Shown: piece by piece, positions 12,620 through 23,315 of the stretch
How positions within the stretch are numbered: the stretch's first letter is position 1
Layout of the letters: each line of letters begins with the position of its first letter
Assembly: GCA_964187785.1 (NCBI GenBank)
Contig: OZ076409.1
Location: 45,324,001 to 45,388,000, forward strand
From: Amphiscolops sp. MND2022
Lineage: Eukaryota
Length of the DNA stretch: 64,000 bases
Direction of reading: 5' to 3'
Translations under genes and position numbers: made by a program
Notes under the pieces: generated by a model
Database searches by the model: none
Told to the model about the DNA's origin: nothing
The model's input: the letters and a program-made list of their open reading frames with translations, nothing else

Positions 12620-12960
12620 CTAAACCCAAGATCTACTGAAATCAACCAACAACGGTGAGAGCTTGCGTACTACAGGTAGGGAAACTCTATATATAAACTT
12701 TTGACAAAGATGTTTTTCGACTGCTAGGTTGTTTCAGACACTGATTCGCTTCTGTACGAAATCAAGCACGAAGTGTGAATTGAAGAACAGGCGGAGAAAG
12801 CTGAGCTGAAGAAAAAACCTTCGATCTTTTGAATCACCCTAAAAATTAAGCCCTTTTCAGTGACAGCAATAACATGGTTATACCCTATTCGAAGATGAAA
12901 TGACAGGGAATATTATGAAAGAATCCGTTTTTTTGAAGCCAGATATATATTCTACCAAGT
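12620..12960 (+). pseudogene. Degenerate protein-primed family-B DNA polymerase fragment (Polinton/Maverick-like)
   Basis: Translation across stops and frameshifts gives NQPTTVRACVLQVGKLYI..SDTDSLLYEIKH..FDLLNHPKN*ALFSDSNNMVI/LFEDEMTGNIMKESVFLKPDIYS, matching the YxDTDS motif and downstream FKDE..LxPKxYS segment of Polinton pPolB. Confidence 0.7.
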
Positions 12961-13404
12961 TTGATGATGAAAAGGCAGGATTACCCAAAAAATTATTGCA
13001 ATAAAATTTACTGGACAAACAATTGATTGATTGATCAATTATTAAGTTGATTAATAAGTTGAATTATTGATTTTCAATTATTAAGTCGATACGAACCAAT
13101 AATTGGGTTAGTTTTATGATCCAAAAAGTCTCGAGGATATTTGGGAAAATTATTTTCACCGCACCGTGAAAAACGATCAATGGAAAAGTCAGTGCAGAGC
13201 CAATCTGCTGTGAAAAAAGGAACCGGTTGGTCAAACTTCTACAATCATTTACGGTCCAACACCAAGTAGAAGATACAGCTGCAAAAAGTAAGCAAGCGAG
13301 TTTGTCCAACCCATCGTTTGGTATCATCAACCAAAAAGCGGAAAGCACTTTTGGTTGGATAGGCTAGACTTGTTGAAACCCTTCAACTTTGTTTAGAGCA
13401 ATTA

Positions 13405-16346
13405 AACAAAAAAGTATGTTCGGATAACTGGCGGAAGTGCGGCTTTGCCTCTGGTGATGATTGCAACATAGCCTCCTTTTTCAATGCGAGCACTAGCTGG
13501 CCCATCTGTGTAGATGACTAAGGGGCTGTTGTAGGAATCTATCAGGGCATCTTCTTCGTTAACACACGGTTTTGTTTTGGCCGTAGACGTTGTTCGCTAC
13601 CTTCCACTTGTTGTGTTTACCGGACCGGGGCGGTGGAAGAGGTTAGCTGGCGTTACTCGCTGACTGAACATGGGCAGGAAGGGAGTCGCAGAGTTCTTTA
13701 GTTTTCGTGACCCAGTTACCTCTTTAGCCTGTGGTGACGAGCTACATTGACCAGTATTAGCTCGGCGCTTTGTTCTGGGCAGTTTCCAGTTTCTGAAACT
13801 GTGTGTTGCTTAGGTAGGGTTGCAAAGCAGCTCCTGCGTAGTTCAGGACATTACGATGTGTGGCGACGTACGCTTTTCGAAGTGTTTTCTTCGAACCCTC
13901 CTCACGGGATCCCACTGCCGTCAGGATGTTATGTTAGTCCTCTTGCCAACCTTCTGCGTAACATCATGAACATGCGGTCCGAAGCTGAGGGTTCTGTCCA
14001 GTTTAACTTCAACGAGTGTCGGTGTCCGGTTAAACGGTACTGTCCGGAGCGAGTCTGTGTTGCCCATTCACATCAAAGCTTCCTGACGAGTAAGTTGTTT
14101 CACATTTTGACAGGTTCAATCCTACTTTATTCTTCCTGCTCCAACATGCTTCATGGTCGATTGCGTCTTGAGCGGCCTCAATAGTCTTGTGCTTGTCATG
14201 TTCGGAAGTCCAGATCGACAAATCGTCTATGAACAGTGCATGGTTAGCTGGAGTCCTTGAAGAGTAGGAACAGTAGTGGGGCAATGACAGAGTCCTGAGG
14301 GACTCCTTGTTCGATCTAAAAACTCTTACTCTTCGTGCTACTGAAAAACTTTAGCTTGCCGGTTAGTTGGGAAGGAGGCAAACCACTTAACAAACTTTTC
14401 TGGTAGGCCTCTGTCCGCGAGTCGAATTAGCAACTGTTGTCTCCAGACGGTGTCAAAGCTTTTGGAAGTCAAACAAGACCATCAGCGGTTTTTTAAGTTT
14501 CTTGCTCTGGAAGCCGTTGCTAATAGCTTGCGCGATTTTTAGGATCGGGTTTCGCAGCATCTGCTCTTCCTATCTCCGCGTTGCACGTTGCTGAGCAATT
14601 TGCTTGACTTGACTATGTGCATCAGCCTAGTGGCGATGAGACGCTCCATTAGTTTTGCTATGCAAGACGTCAAACTAGTGGGTCGGAAGGAGGACATTTC
14701 AGATGCCTGTTTCAGAAGGGGAATTATCGTGGCGTTACGCCTAACTTGGGGGCAGACACTTCCGTTCCACGAGCGATTGAAAATGGCGAGGAGTTCTGTC
14801 CTGGCGGCCAGAACGAATGCCGTGGTAATTTCGTCAGGTCCTGCGGTGCCCGTTGGACGCATTCGCCTAATCCCTCTCTTCAGCTCTGCTTCAGTGAAGC
14901 CTTGTGAGCTTTCGTCGATCACGGTGGTTGCATTCAGGAGTTTTTTGGACTGTCCGTTGGTGTCTTTCCTCTTTGGTGAAGACCAGTTACACTGTTTAGC
15001 ATAATGCTTTTGGCGGTCGCTGTGGAGCAACTTAGAGTTTACCAAGAGGGCCTCGTACGGCTGCGTAGGAGGCGAATAATCAATCACCAATGGTGTGGAA
15101 CACTCACCATAGCTTGCATGGATCGTAACTGAATTCAATTTCTTGGAGAAATGTCCAGCTCCTGTCTTTCGTCTGCGATAGCTTGTTGAACGTCTGTGCA
15201 AGCTTCAAGCCATTCTTTTCTGTGGGTGGGATGGTTTCGAGTTTTGACTCGAGTCTTGATATTCGCTGAGAGGTAACGTCGGTTTTTTGCTTGGGCGGTC
15301 TCTGGGAGTTTCAGCCGCTACGACTGCATCATGAAACGCTTTAATCCGGACGATCGTTTTCTGTGGTTCCAGTAACTCGACTTTTTCTCCCAAAGCTTGA
15401 CTCTGTACGGCTATTCTCCATCTGCAGCGGATGGTGGCCATTCCAGCGATGTGGTCGGATCCCCCAATGTGCTCCAGTTTTCTCCATCCCACTTTGTTTA
15501 GCCACTGAGACGGCGCAAGGAAGACGCCTGGAGTGCAGTGATAGCGTGTTCCCCTGTCTGTTGTGGTCAGGGATCCATCGTTAACACAGTGCAGGTTGCA
15601 GTCACATAGCCACTCCTCGAATAGTTCAAACCTGCTTTCGGGTCGGATGCAGGGATGTGGTACGTGTTTATGTTCTCATCGCCGCCCTGCCGATTAGGGG
15701 CAATGTACACGTTAGAGATGGTGATCCAATTTCTTCTCTCGAGCCGTACTGTAAAAGAGATGGACTCCACACCTACTGTTTGCTTGCAGTAATAGGGTTT
15801 GTACAAAAGAATATTGAGGTTGATCAGGCATAGGAAGCCACCACCGTCGCAATCTCTCAAAACGGATGAGGGCGTAGCTTGGAAATGAATGAAGCTTGGC
15901 GTTGGTCTTGTACTTTGTTTTCTGATTAAGTGCAAAGTCAATGTCTGCTTTCGCTTTTTGAGGCATACGTTGAGCTGAGGCCCTGTGGTCGACAGGCCAT
16001 CGGCGTTCCAATGTAATACCTCCAGTGTTTCTCTGTGTCTTCCTTTGAAGGGTTGACTTTCAACAACGTCATCCAACGCTGAAGATGTCGATGGCAGAGC
16101 ATGGGAGCATTTGTCGCCGATTCACTTTTCTTATCTGCTCATGGGATCTACGGCATCCCTTAAATGTCCTTGCTTTGTTGACAAGATTATTTGTGGAAGC
16201 AGCGTTGGCACTCGTGACACTGCACCGGCCTGATATTGGTTGTGGTTTTGCACATGTTACATTTTGTGGCTAGACTCCGGCAAAGCGTGTGTAAAGGGCG
16301 TCCAGCAATAGTTAAAAAATGGCGGACACTTTCATGGGGCGTTACT
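13405..16346 (-). mobile_element. Decayed I-group (Ingi-like) LINE: PHD-like zinc finger, APE, RT, start of RNase H
   Basis: KCNMCKTT..VQCHECQRCFHK (~16170-16265); LEVLHWNADGL, ISNVYIAP and GGSDH (APE); FRPTSLTSCIAKLMERL, GVPQDSV, LFIDDL (RT); LVIYTDGPAS..GG (RNase H, ~13470-13525). Many frameshifts. Confidence 0.8.
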
Positions 16347-19300
16347 GAGAGAGAGAAAAAAAACATTGTATTATTGTATAGGGATAGCTGATGCCAGTAT
16401 ACAATAAGTGTAGATTGATTTATGCTGAAGCATAAATGATTTTTTCAAGTTTTACAGGGCGATAAATCAAGTGAAGCGGAAATCACGCCAAGTATGAGAT
16501 GTATGGATAGGCATACGACTACTTTCCATAGTTAGATGCTTTCTGAGACGACTATTGAATGTGTGTAGACTTATACTAGTGTCACTCAAGTACAACGGTA
16601 GTGAGTTCCACTTCGAAGAAGAATGATGAAAGAAAGAACTGAAGAGAGATACATGACTTCCCACGTATATCATCTGATTAGTGCGATTGTTCCACCTAAA
16701 AATCGCCGTAGGTAATTTTAAAGTGCTCTGGAAGGCTTTTTAAAGTATTTTTGAGATATTGGAACTCGATAAGTTGCTTTATTCCAATTATTTTCTGTTT
16801 TTCTCTCAGATCACTCGACGATTCAAAGCTCGAACGGAAGTAGACAGATTTTAATGCCCAGTTCATCTGTTTCTCAAGGGAAAGTAGTAAAGGAGGGGAT
16901 ATTTGAGTGAAAAAAATCACAGAGTATTCGAAATGACTGATTATTAGCGCGTGGAAAAGCATGACTAAGATTGAGGTCGGAAATTTGTGTTGTATAGATT
17001 CAATAGTTTTTATTCCAACTGCCATGTTTTTTAGAACCTTTTTTACCTAGGTTTGGATAGTCAAGTGTTGATCCAAGATATTCACATTCACAATTCTTTT
17101 TGACATCTGAGGAGCACACGACAACTGTTTCGGAGTCTAGTTACCTCTTGTCACTTTTACGGGAAAAAAATTACGAATTCTGTTTTACTGCCATTCAAAT
17201 TTAGTCGATGGCAGTTAGGGTAACTTTCAAGTTTCAAAATAATTGTTTGCAAACATTGCAAAGCAATGTCAGGGTCCTAGTGAATACAAAAAAGCAAACA
17301 ATCATCGGCGTACTGGATAATGCGAGCATCCTCCGTTATCTGTCCAGTCAGGTCATTGACATATAGGTTTAAGAGCAGTGGTCCTAAAATTGCCCTGGGG
17401 AACGCCTTGCTTCAGTTCTATCCAATCCGATTTGACACCATTCAATGAAACCTGCTGCAGTCTATCACTGAGGAAACTTTTTATAAAGCTGATGGCCGAA
17501 GATGAGGAACTACGAGACTTGAGTTTAGACAAAAGGATTTCATGTGAAAGTGAGTCAAAAGCTTTTGATAAATCCAGCAAGACTGCATGAACTATTTTTC
17601 CATCCTGAATTTCCTGTTGAACCGATTCGGTGAAAAACGAAACAGCATCTTCTACTGATACTTTTTTTCCTAAAACCAAATTGGAGTGGAGCGAGATTTT
17701 TTTCTTCAATGTAAGCTGTAATTTGCCTATGAATATTCAAGGACTTTGGAGAATGTTGTTGTAATCGAAATGGGACGATAATTTTTGGGATCTAGAACGT
17801 CATCGTTTTTGAAAATGGGGGTTAGAGTCGCTCTCTTTAACATCGTAGGAAAGACACTTTCATTAATGCACTCATTCAATATGAATGTTAAGTGAGAAGT
17901 CAAAATTTGCTTTCCATCCATTATAGCCCAAGCGGGCACCTTACAAGGACCGGTAGGTTTGTTCGGTTTCAACTCAGTGATGATAGCGTAACAATCTTTC
18001 ACTGTGATTGGACTAAGAGAACGAAGAATCACCGGGAAGGAAGGATGGAACTTCTTCAATGATATTACCAAAACATTGACCAAGGTTTGAAAAAATCAGG
18101 TTGAAATGATCGGCCATTTCCTTGTCATCAACTATCATTTTACCGAATGAATTTCTCACTGTTGCAAGATTGACCGACTTTTTATTTTGACCTCGAGCAT
18201 TATTTATGAAATTCCATCTCTCCTTACCCGTGCACAGAGGAAAAACAGCTCCAGGCAAATTTCTCTTGCTTTTCTGTTAATACCTTAGAAAGTTGATTTC
18301 TAAGTTTTGAGTACGTAGACCAGGTTTGAGCAGAGGTATTATTACAGTATTCGTAGTAAGCTGCTTGGCGTGCCTGGGTTAAGGTTTTGCACTCGCAGTT
18401 ATACCAGGGTTCTTTGAAAAGTTAAGGGGTCCTTTTTCGGAGAAATATTTTTTGACGGGTGCATGCTTTTCCACAACACTAGCTAACAAATAGACAAACA
18501 GATAGAACATATCGGTAGCATTCGAACAATTATAGATTCTAAACAAACCATGGGATATTTGATAGTGACAGACAGAAAGCGGCTTTTTGGTAGGTACTCA
18601 AATCGAACTTTTGCAAGATTGTGCACTTGTTTTTCAGGTAAAACGTTTGTGAAAACTACTGAGCCAAAATGATATGTTTCAAAAGGACTATTAAACACAA
18701 AGCATTTACCCTCGATGATGTTTTCAGCTATTATATAGTCAATGTGGGTTTTTGTAGTTTTACAGACACGCGTAGGTAAATTTGGGCTAGCTACGAAGAA
18801 CCCATATGTTAATATGACCCGTTTCTAGGTTTTCCCGTTCAAGTGGGGTGAGGTAGTCTAAATTGTAATCACCCATCATTGTGATGCTTGCAGTTTCACA
18901 TGTGGAGTTGTCTATATTTGTTTATGATTGTTCAAGAAAATCATTTTGAAATTGTTTCAAAGGATTATAAGTTACGTTAATCAACATGGTTTTCTTGCAA
19001 TTTTTTGAGAAATCATTCCCACATTCTACCCAGATGGAGTCGAATTTAGTTTAGTCAAAAAGGTTTAGATCTTTTCGTTCCCTCGGTGCAAGTTTCAAAG
19101 GTACAAAGAGCATTACACCACCGCCCTTTTTTCGAATTTGCAGAACTTCGGTCACATCTTAAAAGGTCGTGTGTGTTTGAAGCTACATTCCAAAAAACCA
19201 TGTCATCACTAGGAGTTAACCAACTTTCTGAGATACCCACAATTGCGTTTGATCCCATGTCGTTCACAAAAGATTTCAACTGAGTACGTTTTCTAGATAC

Positions 19301-19381
19301 ATCTTGAAAGTTCATGTGCACTATGCAAAAATTTTATTTATTTTTGTCGGACAACTTGGAAAAATTATCATAGCTAATTAC

Positions 19382-19426
19382 AGGACCTGGATTTTGCTCA
19401 ATATCTCCACATAATTTCAAAAGAGC
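19382..19426 (-). other. 2A-like (StopGo) peptide upstream of the LINE APE domain; duplicate at 21385-21429
   Basis: ALLKLCGDIEQNPGP fits the D(V/I)ExNPGP consensus and is in frame with the APE domain. Confidence 0.85.
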
Positions 19427-19480
19427 TCAAGCGAATGTTAGAAAATCGAATGAACAAAATGCATCAGATATCCCAAGGTT

Positions 19481-20206
19481 TCAGATAAATTTTTTAACAC
19501 TTTCACATGCACTGGCAAGTAGCTCTTTATCCCATTTTTGCAGTTTATATAGGTTTTCAAATACGAGTTTTTCATTATCTTGCATAAACACAATTATTTT
19601 TTCATTAACAGTATGCACTCTAGCAACATCATCCCGTTTCCTCAATTCACGAGTTACTTTAGCTCTGATTGGGGCAAGATCATCATTCACAAAAACGTTG
19701 GTATTTTTGAGATTGCGCTTGTTTTTCATTAGCTGATATTTCGTGTCACGTCTCACAAATTTGGCTATCAGAGGCTTGGGGCCAGACCCTTTGCCAGGTA
19801 AACGGTGGCAGGTACTTACGTCATTGGTAGTAATTTGGACACCGGCCTCTTCAGCAACACTAACCACCTTCGCATAGACGTCCTCGCCTGGCTCCTCTTG
19901 CACTCCGAAAATGCGCACATTCTCCCTTCGCACATACTGCTCTATGCTGTTAGCCTCGATAATTGGCGCCAGGTCCTCCGTGGTACACCGACTGGCTTTG
20001 TTCAGCCCCTCAAATGCACAGAATCCACACAGGAAAGGCCTCGCAAAGATATTCTTGGGAATTTGTGTGGGTACCCATACATTTGTCCAGATGACACATC
20101 CATTGCCATCCACACCAGGTCCAGTGCATTCAATCAGGTTGTTGCTACCTTCTTCCCTTTTGCCCTGATTGGTGGAGGATGTTGATGGGTTTCGCGCAGA
20201 CGGCAT
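19481..20206 (-). CDS. LINE ORF1 protein (L1 ORF1p-like RRM/CTD type), 241 aa, copy 1
   Basis: Uninterrupted ORF with EQYVRRENVRIFGVQEEPGED..DVSTCHRL..PLIAKFVRR..VFVNDDL, typical of this ORF1 class. Confidence 0.85.
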   Translation of the reverse strand: MPSARNPSTSSTNQGKREEGSNNLIECTGPGVDGNGCVIWTNVWVPTQIPKNIFARPFLCGFCAFEGLNKASRCTTEDLAPIIEANSIEQYVRRENVRIFGVQEEPGEDVYAKVVSVAEEAGVQITTNDVSTCHRLPGKGSGPKPLIAKFVRRDTKYQLMKNKRNLKNTNVFVNDDLAPIRAKVTRELRKRDDVARVHTVNEKIIVFMQDNEKLVFENLYKLQKWDKELLASACESVKKFI

Positions 20207-21483
20207 TTCGTCGGGCCTTCTGTTTTATCAGTTAATCTATTTAATAAGTTTATCACAACAATTAGGCTAATGTACCTGATAACGATTGAAACTAACCCCG
20301 GCCCTAAACGTCCGACGCCGCTACATGGTCTTCTTTGAAGCGCAGAGCGATGCAATCCATCGCAGAGCACTGAAGTGCTGGTTGACCCACGCGAAGAGGT
20401 TGATTGCATCGGGAGAGGCAATCACCGTATTTTACTGATGTTTGCGGCAAGTTAACCTCGGGAATCTTTGCATCATGCACAAGGCAGGTCCAAGTATTCA
20501 AGCAACCGTATCTGGAGATTTTGCTGCATTTTTCCTCCCTTTCGCAGCAATTCTCACACTTAGGGCCTAGTAGGTTAGGCTGTTTTTTCCTGAACTTGAG
20601 TTTGCAGCTGTAACAGTGGGAGCAAGAGAGCTTCGGGGAGGAACAGCTAAGGCCAGGTCCTCCTCGACTTCCGCACTGTCTGAGTTTACGGAGGCGGTGA
20701 GCTTTTCAGGAGCAGCAGCTAAGGCCAGGTCCTAATCGGCTCGCACATGTGGCTTGCGTCAAACAGTAGTTGAAAAAGTCCGCAGAAAGTCAGCATGTCG
20801 CTTTTTTGCAATTTCCAGTTTCGTGCAGTTCCAGTGTACCCAACCCCCGTAGATTCACCAAACGCATGTAATCACCCATCATTGTGATGCTTGCAGTTTC
20901 ACATGTGGAGTTGTCTATATTTGTTTATGATTGTTCAAGAAAATCATTTTGAAATTGTTTCAAAGGATTATAAGTTACGTTAATCAACATGGTTTTCTTG
21001 CAATTTTTTGAGAAATCATTCCCACATTCTACCCAGATGGAGTCGAATTTAGTTTAGTCAAAAAGGTTTAGATCTTTTCGTTCCCTCGGTGCAAGTTTCA
21101 AAGGTACAAAGAGCATTACACCACCGCCCTTTTTTCGAATTTGCAGAACTTCGGTCACATCTTAAAAGGTCGTGTGTGTTTGAAGCTACATTCCAAAAAA
21201 CCATGTCATCACTAGGAGTTAACCAACTTTCTGAGATACCCACAATTGCGTTTGATCCCATGTCGTTCACAAAAGATTTCAACTGAGTACGTTTTCTAGA
21301 TACATCTTGAAAGTTCATGTGCACTATGCAAAAATTTTATTTATTTTTGTCGGACAACTTGGAAAAATTATCATAGCTAATTACAGGACCTGGATTTTGC
21401 TCAATATCTCCACATAATTTCAAAAGAGCTCAAGCGAATGTTAGAAAATCGAATGAACAAAATGCATCAGATATCCCAAGGTT

Positions 21484-22209
21484 TCAGATAAATTTTTTAA
21501 CACTTTCACATGCACTGGCAAGTAGCTCTTTATCCCATTTTTGCAGTTTATATAGGTTTTCAAATACGAGTTTTTCATTATCTTGCATAAACACAATTAT
21601 TTTTTCATTAACAGTATGCACTCTAGCAACATCATCCCGTTTCCTCAATTCACGAGTTACTTTAGCTCTGATTGGGGCAAGATCATCATTCACAAAAACG
21701 TTGGTATTTTTGAGATTGCGCTTGTTTTTCATTAGCTGATATTTCGTGTCACGTCTCACAAATTTGGCTATCAGAGGCTTGGGGCCAGACCCTTTGCCAG
21801 GTAAACGGTGGCAGGTACTTACGTCATTGGTAGTAATTTGGACACCGGCCTCTTCAGCAACACTAACCACCTTCGCATAGACGTCCTCGCCTGGCTCCTC
21901 TTGCACTCCGAAAATGCGCACATTCTCCCTTCGCACATACTGCTCTATGCTGTTAGCCTCGATAATTGGCGCCAAGTCCTCCGTGGTACACCGACTGGCT
22001 TTGTTCAGCCCCTCAAATGCACAGAATCCACACAGGAAAGGCCTCGCAAAGATATTCTTGGGAATTTGTGTGGGTACCCATACATTTGTCCAGATGACAC
22101 ATCCATTGCCATCCACACCAGGTCCAGTGCATTCAATCAGGTTGTTGCTACCTTCTTCCCTTTTGCCCTGATTGGTGGAGGATGTTGATGGGTTTCGCGC
22201 AGACGGCAT
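21484..22209 (-). CDS. LINE ORF1 protein, 241 aa, copy 2
   Basis: Protein identical to 19481-20206. Confidence 0.85.
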   Translation of the reverse strand: MPSARNPSTSSTNQGKREEGSNNLIECTGPGVDGNGCVIWTNVWVPTQIPKNIFARPFLCGFCAFEGLNKASRCTTEDLAPIIEANSIEQYVRRENVRIFGVQEEPGEDVYAKVVSVAEEAGVQITTNDVSTCHRLPGKGSGPKPLIAKFVRRDTKYQLMKNKRNLKNTNVFVNDDLAPIRAKVTRELRKRDDVARVHTVNEKIIVFMQDNEKLVFENLYKLQKWDKELLASACESVKKFI

Positions 22210-22310
22210 TTCGTCGGGCCTTCTGTTTTATCAGTTAATCTATTTAATAAGTTTATCACAACAATTAGGCTAATGTACCTGATAACGATTGAAACTAACC
22301 CCGGCCCTAA

Positions 22311-23300
22311 ACGTCCGACGCCGCTACATGGTCTTCTTTGAAGCGCAGAGCGATGCAATCCATCGCAGAGCACTGAAGTGCTGGTTGACCCACGCGAAGA
22401 GGTTGATTGCATCGGGAGAGGCAATCACCGTATTTTACTGATGTTTGCGGCAAGTTAACCTCGGGAATCTTTGCATCATGCTCAAGGCAGGTCCAAGTAT
22501 TCAAGCAACCGTATCTGGAGATTTTGCTGCATTTTTCCTCCCTTTCGCAGCAATTCTCACACTTAGGGCCTAGTAGGTTAGGCTGTTTTTTCCTGAACTT
22601 GAGTTTGCAGCTGTAACAGTGGGAGCAAGAGAGCTTCGGGGAGGAACAGCTAAGGCCAGGTCCTCCTCGACTTCCGCACTGTCTGAGTTTACGGAGGCGG
22701 TGAGCTTTTCAGGAGCAGCAGCTAAGGCCAGGTCCTAATCGGCTCGCACATGTGGCTTGCGTCAAACAGTAGTTGAAAAAGTCCGCAGAAAGTCAGCATG
22801 TCGCTTTTTTGCAATTTCCAGTTTCGTGCAGTTCCAGTGTACCCAACCCCCGTAGATTCGCCAAACGCTTGTTGTTTCCCGCACCCACATTTCATTGTGT
22901 AGGGCAGAAAAATGATAATCCGTGTTGCGTTTTTTTGCAAATTCTGCCAAATCTTCATCAATCGCTTTCTGTTAGTGACTATTTGAGGAACGACGGCTCA
23001 GTTGGTAGGGCGCATCTGCCCATGAATCAGATAGTGGTTTCGAATCTCGGCTCCGGGTGATTTTTTTGACAAGGCGGAAAATATTCCGGTATTTAGCGGG
23101 CGTCTTATTTCCTTTCGGTCGTTGATGGATCTCATGCATATAGGGCATACGACAGGTTTAGGGCCGGGGTTAGTTTCAATCGTTATCAGGTAAATTAATC
23201 GCAAGCTGGACTGCATGTGTCTTTTGTTGTATGTTGCCCGCGGCGGAGCATTGGGGAAACAGCAGCTAAGGCCAGTGTCCCTTGCTACCACACCACGGGC
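22311..23300 (-). mobile_element. N-terminal Cys-rich (multi-PHD-like) region of the Ingi-like LINE; partly duplicated at 20308-20866
   Basis: SVW..GGWVHWNCTKL, CYSCKLKF..CSKISRYG..WTCL.H, CLSRCNQPL..LQC..C..CSGVGR, and a repeated GLSC(C/S) motif (cagctaaggccag on plus, three times). The finger resumes as SNAP*KCP at 16346. Confidence 0.6.
22987..23192 (+). mobile_element. tRNA-derived SINE (head with CAT in the anticodon-like loop)
   Basis: ggctcagttggtagggcgc A box, tctg-cccatgaat-caga arm, B-box-like ggtttcgaatc; body homologous to 2964-3075. The 3' boundary is uncertain. Confidence 0.65.
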
Positions 23301-23315
23301 CGCACCATCAAAGGT

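Larger units (their letters stand above)
16347..20307 (-). mobile_element. Near full-length CR1/L2-group LINE (intact ORF1, decayed ORF2) inserted into the Ingi-like element
   Basis: ORF2 motifs IVHMNFQ, IVGISESWL, MGDYNL, PTRV..THIDYI (APE) and NYRPISITTTFSKVLE, LDLSKAFDSLSH, GVPQG, QYADD (RT); short T/(TC)n tail at the 3' end (~16347-16363). Confidence 0.85.
18864..22869. repeat. Tandem duplication, 2 x 2003 bp (18864-20866, 20867-22869)
   Basis: Identical ORF sets offset by exactly 2003 nt; three substitutions seen by eye; tgt microhomology at the junction. Confidence 0.97.

Noticed and set aside
19805..20185. Plus-strand ORFs (and duplicates at 21808-22188)
   Set aside because: Antisense shadows of LINE ORF1 with no independent coding evidence.
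22987..23060. Functional tRNA-Met gene
   Set aside because: Degenerate T-arm and acceptor stem, and the sequence continues into a body shared with another dispersed copy, so it is SINE-like.
23200..23310. HDV-like ribozyme at the presumed 5' end of the Ingi-like element
   Set aside because: GC-rich and contains gggcaaca, but I could not build the nested double pseudoknot by hand; needs a covariance-model search.
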